From the NCBI RefSeq assembly GCF_045037415.1, contig NZ_CP173438.1: DNA of 64,000 nt; one strand, written 5' to 3'. Of the stretch, positions 18,328 through 25,483 are shown one piece after another. Each line of letters starts with the position of its first letter. Position 1 is the stretch's first letter. Below the pieces are notes generated by a model that had not been told where the DNA came from, did not search any database, and was given only the letters and a program-made list of their open reading frames with translations. The position numbers and the translations under genes were made by a program. The DNA comes from Escherichia coli. Lineage in GTDB: Bacteria > Pseudomonadota > Gammaproteobacteria > Enterobacterales > Enterobacteriaceae.

Positions 18328-18356
18328 ATAAGCACTCCATTTGGTAATTTCAAACC

Positions 18357-18614
18357 TTATCTGGTTTGTTTTCGTAATTGTTCGGCACAATAGTCGAGAT
18401 GTGTTTGCAGATCCTGCATAGACATCTGTGAGCTGGTGACGTAGTTAATCAGTGCAGTCAGTTCGGCAAGTGGGCCATCGACATTAAATCCATCCTTATC
18501 GAGATCCCGGAGTAATTTCATCAAGTGCGATCCCTCCACCAGTGACCTGACGCCTCCCGGCGTGTGAATCCTTTCGGTAAATCCGTCTTCCAGTGGATAG
18601 TGATACTGCTGCAT
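18357..18614 (-). CDS. Small SOS-box-controlled protein (about 85 aa), candidate SOS-inducible antirepressor
   Basis: GGAGAA RBS before ATG at 18614; LexA box 19 nt upstream; homologous to C-terminus of the adjacent AntA-like protein; ORF track extends to 18737 but upstream part covers promoter and operator. Confidence 0.6.
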   Translation of the reverse strand: MQQYHYPLEDGFTERIHTPGGVRSLVEGSHLMKLLRDLDKDGFNVDGPLAELTALINYVTSSQMSMQDLQTHLDYCAEQLRKQTR

Positions 18615-18633
18615 CTTATCTTCTCCATGCAAT

Positions 18634-18653
18634 AACTGTATATTTATACAGTA
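18634..18653. promoter_or_regulatory. LexA (SOS) box
   Basis: AACTGTATATTTATACAGTA matches the E. coli LexA consensus TACTGTATATATATACAGTA at 18 of 20 positions, with CTGT-N8-ACAG intact. Confidence 0.75.
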
Positions 18654-18689
18654 GCAAATAATTTGTTTGCTATCCAGCACGTTTTGCAA

Positions 18690-18706
18690 ATTACCTGAAA
18701 GGTAAT
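18690..18706. promoter_or_regulatory. Operator-like palindrome ATTACC-N5-GGTAAT (copy 3) upstream of the LexA box
   Basis: Perfect 6-bp inverted repeat with 5-bp spacer. Confidence 0.5.
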
Positions 18707-18809
18707 ATCTATTCGTATTTACAGCCTTTCTATCCATATGTGGTTTTCCAGGTAATAGAATAACCAGATATGCGGCGCAACGGGTGCTGCGACTATCTGG
18801 AGATTTAAC

Positions 18810-21461
18810 ATGACGGTTTCAACCGAAGTTGACCACAACGAATACACCGGTAACGGAGCTACGACATCATTTCCGTATACCTTCCGTATTTTCAAAAAAT
18901 CCGACCTGGTTGTTCAGGTGTCTGACCTGAACGGGAACGTAACAGAATTGGTTCTGGATACTGACTACACAGTAACCAATGCTGGAGGATATAATGGCGG
19001 TAATGTAATTCTGTCGAAGGCGTTGGCTAACGGTTATCATATTTCTATATCACGAGAGCTCCCGGTTACGCAGGATACTGATTTGCGTAATCAGGGTAAG
19101 TTCTTCGCTGAGGTACATGAAGACGCGTTCGATAAACTGACAATGCTTATTCAAAAGTGTTTTTCATGGATGAGGTTAGCACTTATAAAACCAAGCATTC
19201 TGGCTAACTATTATGATGCAAAAAATAATAAGATATCAAATCTAGCAAATGCCACTGACAGAAACGATGCTGTCAATAAAGGTTATGTTGATGATCTTTT
19301 TACTGGAGGTGTAACGCCTACATCTAACAGCGCTAAAAACGATATTTTTACAAATCACCAAAGAAAGATTGTAGCTACGATGCCGCTTCTTTTTCCTGAA
19401 TATGATGCGATTATGGCTGCTAACCCGTCAGCAACTTATATGTATCCTCAAGGATTCTGCGTTAGCGAAGATTTGATATACATCACTTATCCATTTGAGC
19501 CTAAACAGACGAATAATGTCGTCGCAGTATTTAACATATCTGGTATTTATCAAGGTTATTTCTATGTTCAGGCTGGCGGCCCAGGCTTCGCTGCTGAAGG
19601 AATCGTGGTTACGTCAGACTATGGCCCCAAAAAAATGTTTGTTGGTCACACAAACGGAATACTGCGTGAATTTAATATGGAGGGGGCATTATACGGAAGC
19701 AATCTGCCTCTTGTACAAAACCATGATGTTGGATTATTCAACCAGTTCAGCTACAGAAGAGGTATATGGCTCGTTGAGCAGAATGCGCCAGAAGTAGGAC
19801 AGAAAATCACAAGAACTGTACTTGCAGTGTTCGACAGTGGTTTCAATCGCCTGTCAACTATAACGCTGCCGTTACATGATGTTGGGTATGTAACTAAAAG
19901 CACCTCACCTTATGCGCCTTATTTCAACAAGCGTCAGGGTATTGCGGTAGGTGATAACTACTTTGTCTGCGGCTATGGCGGCTTCATAGCTGATGGGGCA
20001 GGAAGCGCAGGATATAACGAATATCAGGGCAGCAAAGTTTTTAACCCTGACGGTACAAAGCGAACTGAATCAATGCTTCATCCTCAGGCCATGATGGATT
20101 TAATGAAAGCCGCAGGATTGAACGTCACTCGCATAGAAAATGAAGGCGTTTGTGTTTCTCAGGATGGAAAATCCATTTATTCACTTTACATTCATCAGGA
20201 AAGAACTGGCTCTGAACCTTACAATTCAGGTTTGGTTATTTTCGAAGATTTCTCCACTGATAAAGATGCTATCGATTTTACACCTGCATCCAGGCTTTAC
20301 CGCGGATTTGATATCGATCACGCGAGCATTGGGGTATATCCCCGTAGTGCGAAGGGGATTGTTAACCCTGTAGATGGTACGTTGTTCACTAACATGACTG
20401 AAATTCTTCGCTATATGCAGGAGATGAGTCAGAAGGCATTTAATTTTTACACAGGGACTGTCAGCATTGCTGATATATCTGGCGTGGCAATCCCTTCCAG
20501 CACATATGTTGAAATACTGAATGCGAATAATCAGACTTTTATAGTCAACTATTATTCATCTGATAGTGGCATTAGTTATTTGGTTGCAACTAATCCTTCT
20601 GGTGACTTTGTATTTGTGCGCCAGCGACCGGCACAGTGGGCATCTAACTTAACCATTCAGCAAAACGCAGATCCTGATACAAACCAATTAAACCGCATCA
20701 CTGCATCATCATATGCCGGTGCAACTACAAACTCTCAGAAAATATTGGTCCTTGACCAGCAGGCTACAGCTAGCGCAAATAGCTTGGTATTGGGCGGTAG
20801 TTCTTCTGTGTTTAGGTCTGCCACCACGGTGGATATTGCATGCAACAGCGACCCGACAGCATTGGGAGGAACCATACGCTGGCGGTTTTATGATACAGGT
20901 CTTCGCCCGTTTGCTGACAATACCTATAATTTTGGTCAGGCATCGTTTCGTATTAAAGACGCCTACTTTGCAAATGCCCCAACCGTTTCATCAGATGCCA
21001 CGCTGAAAACCAATCCCGAGGCAATATCAGATTTAAGTGAAATGCTTTCTTCTGATAGAGACAGCATTCTTGATGCCTGGGGCGATATTTCTGTTGTGGC
21101 GTATCGATGGCTCGACGCTATATCCATGAAGGGCGATGGTGCCAGATGGCATTTTGGCGTCATGGCTCAGCAGGTAAGGGATGTATTCTTGGCGCACGGA
21201 ATTGATGGAACCAGATTTGGCCTTCTTTGCTATGACGAGTGGGATGATATTTTTGAGCCGGTAATCGCGACTAAAGAGATTACCGATACGTCTGGTGAGT
21301 TGGTCACCGTCGAATATGACACCGGAGAACAGAGGCTGGTTAAAAAAGCGGGTAGTTCATGGGGTATACGGCCTGACCAGTGCGCTTGGCTTGAGGCTGC
21401 ATATCAGCGCCGTCGATGCGATCGTATTGAAGAGCGACTCGAACTATTGGAATCAAAATAA
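18810..21461 (+). CDS. Tailspike protein with C-terminal intramolecular chaperone (peptidase S74-like) domain, 883 aa
   Basis: RBS CTGGAG; conserved-looking N-terminal virion-anchor region; C-terminal block (RWHFGVMAQQVRDVF...) resembles the self-cleaving chaperone domain of endosialidases and tail fibres. Confidence 0.75.
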   Translation: MTVSTEVDHNEYTGNGATTSFPYTFRIFKKSDLVVQVSDLNGNVTELVLDTDYTVTNAGGYNGGNVILSKALANGYHISISRELPVTQDTDLRNQGKFFAEVHEDAFDKLTMLIQKCFSWMRLALIKPSILANYYDAKNNKISNLANATDRNDAVNKGYVDDLFTGGVTPTSNSAKNDIFTNHQRKIVATMPLLFPEYDAIMAANPSATYMYPQGFCVSEDLIYITYPFEPKQTNNVVAVFNISGIYQGYFYVQAGGPGFAAEGIVVTSDYGPKKMFVGHTNGILREFNMEGALYGSNLPLVQNHDVGLFNQFSYRRGIWLVEQNAPEVGQKITRTVLAVFDSGFNRLSTITLPLHDVGYVTKSTSPYAPYFNKRQGIAVGDNYFVCGYGGFIADGAGSAGYNEYQGSKVFNPDGTKRTESMLHPQAMMDLMKAAGLNVTRIENEGVCVSQDGKSIYSLYIHQERTGSEPYNSGLVIFEDFSTDKDAIDFTPASRLYRGFDIDHASIGVYPRSAKGIVNPVDGTLFTNMTEILRYMQEMSQKAFNFYTGTVSIADISGVAIPSSTYVEILNANNQTFIVNYYSSDSGISYLVATNPSGDFVFVRQRPAQWASNLTIQQNADPDTNQLNRITASSYAGATTNSQKILVLDQQATASANSLVLGGSSSVFRSATTVDIACNSDPTALGGTIRWRFYDTGLRPFADNTYNFGQASFRIKDAYFANAPTVSSDATLKTNPEAISDLSEMLSSDRDSILDAWGDISVVAYRWLDAISMKGDGARWHFGVMAQQVRDVFLAHGIDGTRFGLLCYDEWDDIFEPVIATKEITDTSGELVTVEYDTGEQRLVKKAGSSWGIRPDQCAWLEAAYQRRRCDRIEERLELLESK

Positions 21462-21558
21462 GACCAAATTTAGGTAATTATTATCCGTAAATGGTTTATT
21501 GTGTATGATGGACCTCATCTTCTAAGGGGGTTTTTATGCACAATAAACGGTGGTTACC

Positions 21559-21960
21559 ATGAATGGCACGGTTACGGCGGATTCACTGAATCAAGGGTTA
21601 AGCTTGGGTGCGCTGGCCTCTGTCGTCTACGGCGTTCCGCCAGAGGTGGCTCTCGGTGCTCTGGCTGGTGCGGTAATATTTGTTACCTCTGCTGTAGAGT
21701 ATCCTGTTCGTCGTCGTGTACTCTTGTCGATACTCAGCTTTCTTTGTGGTCTTCTCTTTTACAAACCAACAACATCAATTCTTATCGGAATAGCCAGCAT
21801 GATACCTACCATCACGCAGGACTCTTTCGAGAAAGGGATTGTTTTCTCTGCTGGCGCATTCGTGTCAGCAATTGTCGCAGTGCGAATTGGTATATGGCTC
21901 TATCACCGTTCTGATAATCCACGCCAGTTAATTCCTGGGAGAAAAGGCGATGGTAACTAA
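21559..21960 (+). CDS. Membrane protein with about four TM segments (holin or antiholin candidate)
   Basis: Hydrophobic helices; immediately upstream of holin-like and endolysin genes. Confidence 0.45.
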   Translation: MNGTVTADSLNQGLSLGALASVVYGVPPEVALGALAGAVIFVTSAVEYPVRRRVLLSILSFLCGLLFYKPTTSILIGIASMIPTITQDSFEKGIVFSAGAFVSAIVAVRIGIWLYHRSDNPRQLIPGRKGDGN

Positions 21961-22258
21961 TGAGCTTGTTTTGCTTATCACCAATGCAATTATTTGTACT
22001 GGCATAGCAATTCGCGTTGTCACATTCCGGCGTAACGGCTCTCAACATCGAAGATGGGGAGGGTGGCTTGCTTATTTCCTTATTGTTGCTGCGGCCAGTA
22101 TTCCTGTTCGTGTCGCCTATGCAATCTGGTTACGTACGCCAATGGCTGTGGATTTATCTGAGGTCATTATCAACGCTGTCATGCTTGCCGCGGTTATTAA
22201 AACACGCGGTAACGTTGTTCAGATTTTCAAAACATCGAGGTCTAAACATGGAGATTAA
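21950..22258 (+). CDS. Putative holin (102 aa, about three TM segments)
   Basis: Small membrane protein with charged C-terminus directly before the endolysin. Confidence 0.55.
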   Translation: MVTNELVLLITNAIICTGIAIRVVTFRRNGSQHRRWGGWLAYFLIVAAASIPVRVAYAIWLRTPMAVDLSEVIINAVMLAAVIKTRGNVVQIFKTSRSKHGD

Positions 22259-22877
22259 ACAATTCCAGCGAGCTGCTGGTATTAGCGAGGCTCTGGCCGC
22301 ACGCTGGTTCTCGCATATAACTTCTGCGATGAAAGAGTTTGGTATCAGAAAACCCGAAGATCAGGCAATGTTTATTGCTCAGGTCGGGCATGAGTCTGGT
22401 GGCTTCACCAGGTTGCAGGAGAATTTCAATTACAGCGTCACCGGACTGGCTAACTTCGTTCGTGCCGGTCGTCTTACTCAGGGACAGGCTAACGCATTGG
22501 GTCGTCGTGCAGGCGAGCCACCATTGCCACCTGAGCGCCAGCGTGCGATTGCCAATCTGGTGTACAGCAAACGCATGGGGAACAATGCCTCTGGTGATGG
22601 CTGGAATTACCGTGGCCGCGGACTTATCCAGATTACCGGTTTGAATAACTATCGTGATTGCGGAAACGGCCTGAAAGTGGACCTGCTGGAGAATCCTGAA
22701 CTGTTGGCGCAGGACGAATACGCGGCTCGTAGCGCGGCGTGGTTCTTCTCCAGCAAAGGTTGCATGAAGTATACCGGCGATATTGCACGTGTAACTCTGA
22801 TTATCAATGGTGGCAGGAATGGCATCGACGACCGGCGCGTGCGGTACATCACTGCCAGTAAGGTGCTGGCGGTATGA
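22248..22877 (+). CDS. Endolysin, glycoside hydrolase family 19-like
   Basis: GAGG RBS then ATG at 22248; motif [12 protein letters not shown] and [12 protein letters not shown] typical of GH19 lysozymes; ORF track start at 22017 is an in-frame upstream extension. Confidence 0.75.
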   Translation: MEIKQFQRAAGISEALAARWFSHITSAMKEFGIRKPEDQAMFIAQVGHESGGFTRLQENFNYSVTGLANFVRAGRLTQGQANALGRRAGEPPLPPERQRAIANLVYSKRMGNNASGDGWNYRGRGLIQITGLNNYRDCGNGLKVDLLENPELLAQDEYAARSAAWFFSSKGCMKYTGDIARVTLIINGGRNGIDDRRVRYITASKVLAV

Positions 22878-23371
22878 TCTGGGCATTCGCAAAAGCATAC
22901 CGGAAACAGTTGGTTGTCATGGCGATGCTTGCTGTTCTGGTCATATCAGGAGTTGTTGCCTGGAATGTGCATGGCAGCCGCCAGTACGATGCCGGGTATG
23001 CTCAGGCGAAGGAAGATCAGAAACAGGCTGATGATAAGTTAAGGTCACAGCGTGAGCAGGAGAAAACACAAATTGAACGTGAAGCACAATCCCGTATCGA
23101 TGCGGCGCGTGCTGATGCTGAGTATGCTAATTCCGCTGCTGACAGCATGCGCGCCGAGCTTGACAAAACCAGGCGGCTCGCCGAACACTATACCGGATCT
23201 TTCCCCCCTGGCACGCCAGCCAGCAAGGTCATCGGTGTGCTCGCCGACATGCTTGAAGAAAGCAACCGAGTTTACAACGCAACAGCAGCTGAGGCTGAAA
23301 AGTATCGTATCGCAGGGGAATTCTGCGAGCAGCAATACGATTCACTGAAGAAGCAAAAATCGTGGCACTGA
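22874..23371 (+). CDS. Rz-like i-spanin
   Basis: ATGA overlap with endolysin; N-terminal TM segment then charged coiled-coil region. Confidence 0.65.
   Translation: MIWAFAKAYRKQLVVMAMLAVLVISGVVAWNVHGSRQYDAGYAQAKEDQKQADDKLRSQREQEKTQIEREAQSRIDAARADAEYANSAADSMRAELDKTRRLAEHYTGSFPPGTPASKVIGVLADMLEESNRVYNATAAEAEKYRIAGEFCEQQYDSLKKQKSWH
23100..23348 (+). CDS. Rz1-like o-spanin lipoprotein embedded in the Rz gene (+1 frame)
   Basis: Lipobox LLTAC followed by a Pro-rich sequence; fully embedded in the spanin gene; start codon uncertain. Confidence 0.5.
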   Translation: MRRVLMLSMLIPLLTACAPSLTKPGGSPNTIPDLSPLARQPARSSVCSPTCLKKATEFTTQQQLRLKSIVSQGNSASSNTIH

Positions 23372-23458
23372 TTTCCGGTGACGGTATATAAAACGGTACG
23401 GTGAAAATCAGGTTACAGAAAGTTGTTACCAGTCAATTGGTTATGCATGCCGTAAATA

Positions 23459-23473
23459 ATTGAGTGGGAATGA
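23459..23473 (+). other. guaA: Retained 3' end of guaA (IEWE-stop) at the prophage-host junction; probable att core region
   Basis: ATTGAGTGGGAATGA encodes IEWE plus stop, matching the GMP synthase C-terminus as I recall it; an in-frame TAA sits 2 codons upstream, so the guaA body is not present here. Confidence 0.6.
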
Positions 23474-23501
23474 TTTGACCCTGCACTATGAATGAACAAA
23501 A

Positions 23502-23527
23502 CCCTCTGTTACTACAGAGGGTTTTTT
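23502..23527 (+). terminator. Rho-independent terminator (guaA terminator)
   Basis: CCCTCTGT-TACT-ACAGAGGG hairpin followed by TTTTTT. Confidence 0.8.
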
Positions 23528-23565
23528 ATCCTAAAGAATTATAGGTTTGAAGTTACTAACATCGT

Positions 23566-24105
23566 TTAGTTAAACCAGCTATCTGATTTATTCTCTTCTG
23601 CTTTACCCACGCTTTTCATCAGATCGCGACCGCCTTCAGTCATATTTCTGTTTGCGTCAGCTTCAGATTGCACCACATCGGTTTGCGCAGCTTTGTGCTT
23701 CAGTTCCTGATCGATAAATTCGTTTTCGCGCTTAACGCGGGCTTCTTCTTTCGCCAGCGCCAGTTTTTGTTTCTGAATCTCTAAGCTACGTAGCTCATCT
23801 TCATAACTTTGATCGCGTTTTTTGTCCGCAGTGGCTTCGGCGTCCAGTTTATCCTGACGAGCTTTCTTATTCGCTGCTGCCGTTGCCGCTCTTTTATTAG
23901 CCGCGGCCTGGGCGTTTGCGCGACGTTGCTTCTCTTGCTGGATTTCCCTGTTGCGCTCCGCGACCCATTCGTCATGCTGCCTTTGCTCTTCATTTTTACC
24001 TTGCTGTTCCGCTTCTGCGACAGCCGAGAGTTGATCCTGCAATGATGAGGCGATAGCCGGATAGCTTAAGGAGGCTAAGATGGCGCAAAGAAAAACTTTC
24101 TTCAT
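23566..24105 (-). CDS. yfgI: Uncharacterised protein YfgI
   Basis: 179-aa product with signal peptide and charged coiled-coil; matches K-12 neighbourhood. Confidence 0.85.
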   Translation of the reverse strand: MKKVFLCAILASLSYPAIASSLQDQLSAVAEAEQQGKNEEQRQHDEWVAERNREIQQEKQRRANAQAAANKRAATAAANKKARQDKLDAEATADKKRDQSYEDELRSLEIQKQKLALAKEEARVKRENEFIDQELKHKAAQTDVVQSEADANRNMTEGGRDLMKSVGKAEENKSDSWFN

Positions 24106-24120
24106 GACTCCTCCTGATTA

Positions 24121-24639
24121 TTAGCTCTTTTCAGGACATTTGGTATTTGGCTGAATACGCGTTTCGTTATACGTCGTGGTAATAACAACGGCTAAACCTG
24201 TCGTAAACTGGCACTCTTTACCCACTTGGGTGGAGGTATACACTTTGGTGCCTTCCTTATATGTTAAAGAAACACCTTCCACTAAGGTTTTATCATTCAC
24301 CATAGAACCCGCTGCCGCGCCTACAGCTCCGCCGCCAACTGCACCTGCCGTCGTTCCGGAATTGCTGCCAGACCCGACGTTGTGGCCGATAACACCGCCA
24401 GCGACAGCGCCAATAAGCGCGCCGAAGGCTTGTGCGTTCCGTTTATTTTGGGCGTTGTCTACGGCAACTTTTGCGGGAAGAATGGAAATAATATTAACGG
24501 TTTTAGTTTCTTGTTTGGTATTCAGTTGATCGGTTTGATAAACATCGGCGGCATGATCATCAGCATTTGACTGGCATCCTGCCAGAGTGAATGACGCTAA
24601 CATTGCCACAGGCAGAAGACATTTTTTAAATTTCATCAC
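24121..24639 (-). CDS. yfgH: Glycine-zipper outer-membrane lipoprotein YfgH
   Basis: 172 aa, lipobox LAGC, Gly-rich zipper region. Confidence 0.85.
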   Translation of the reverse strand: MMKFKKCLLPVAMLASFTLAGCQSNADDHAADVYQTDQLNTKQETKTVNIISILPAKVAVDNAQNKRNAQAFGALIGAVAGGVIGHNVGSGSNSGTTAGAVGGGAVGAAAGSMVNDKTLVEGVSLTYKEGTKVYTSTQVGKECQFTTGLAVVITTTYNETRIQPNTKCPEKS

Positions 24640-24940
24640 TATTCCTTGTTATACACATTACGAAAAATAAGACATTTAAGATCATCAAAAGAGGAAAGTA
24701 AATGTATTGCGTATAAAGGAATAGATTAAATTTATTAAAATTCATGTGGGGAATAATTTATAAAAATACATCATCACAACATATGTATTAATGATGTATT
24801 TATTTCGCAGCCGAACTGCAGTCAGAACAAAGACGTAAAATTTAAGATGAAAGAATATCTGCCGCTTTGATAATCTCAAAGAGCAAAAGCATCCGACAGC
24901 GAGGTGCCGTTATGTTCTGTGAGAGTGGAGAAGGTAACCG

Positions 24941-25132
24941 CTAACGTTGTACCGGTGATTCGACGGAGAGTGTGGATTGCTGAGCTTCTTTTTTGCTCTG
25001 ATGGTGCTGCCAGGCACCGACGGACGAGTAGATAAAACGGCCAAAGAAGAAGATAAAGCTGATGAGCAGTACGATACGGGTCATGCGACTGTTAAATCGG
25101 TGTCGTTTTCGCATACTGGTTGCCTGACTCAC
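24941..25132 (-). CDS. yfgG: Small protein YfgG (63 aa)
   Basis: Size, TM segment and position between yfgH and the c-di-GMP phosphodiesterase gene. Confidence 0.75.
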   Translation of the reverse strand: MSQATSMRKRHRFNSRMTRIVLLISFIFFFGRFIYSSVGAWQHHQSKKEAQQSTLSVESPVQR

Positions 25133-25483
25133 AAAAGGTTCCTTGAAGTATGTCCCACGCCGTGGACGGTACTTACATTAAGGCACAACAGGACAAAATG
25201 GTCAATTCTTCGTTATGTAAAGAAGCGTCAGTGAATACATATTTTAATGTTATGGAAGTTAATTTAATTATTTACAATGATGATGTAATAATGATGAGTT
25301 AACATGATAAACGTAATAATTCATTAATCAGGGTTATTTTGTTTGATATATATCAATTGGAACTTTCATATGACACTTAGAATCATTGCTCTCTATAGTG
25401 ATGAATAATCATCATTCGAAGTCAGGTGGGATGCCTGTCTGAATACACCTCCTTCAGGATGTGGGGGATTCTGCTGAGCATCT

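Larger units (their letters stand above)
1..23458. mobile_element. Right arm of an integrated podovirus-type prophage (epsilon15-like gene order); left end and integrase lie outside the window
   Basis: Contiguous co-oriented late genes (portal, scaffold, capsid, tail tube, internal proteins, tailspike, lysis) followed by a guaA 3' remnant and host genes. Confidence 0.85.

Noticed and set aside
16602-18356. Retron or type III toxin-antitoxin interpretation of the structured spacer plus downstream genes
   Set aside because: No reverse-transcriptase motifs in either downstream protein and no tandem array of short repeats as in ToxI-type antitoxin RNAs; only a single duplicated block
18615-18737. 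N-terminal extension of the small SOS-controlled gene to the ORF-track start at 18737
   Set aside because: The extension would read through the LexA box and operator copy 3; a strong GGAGAA RBS precedes the internal ATG at 18614, so the shorter gene is preferred
21501-21914. 137-aa Cys-rich plus-strand ORF
   Set aside because: Out-of-frame overlap with the membrane-protein gene at 21559-21960, which has coherent TM helices; Cys/Arg-rich product looks like a frame artefact
21559-21960. GtrA-like O-antigen-conversion flippase interpretation of the four-TM protein
   Set aside because: No adjacent GtrB-type glycosyltransferase or GtrC gene; position directly in the lysis cassette favours a holin or antiholin role
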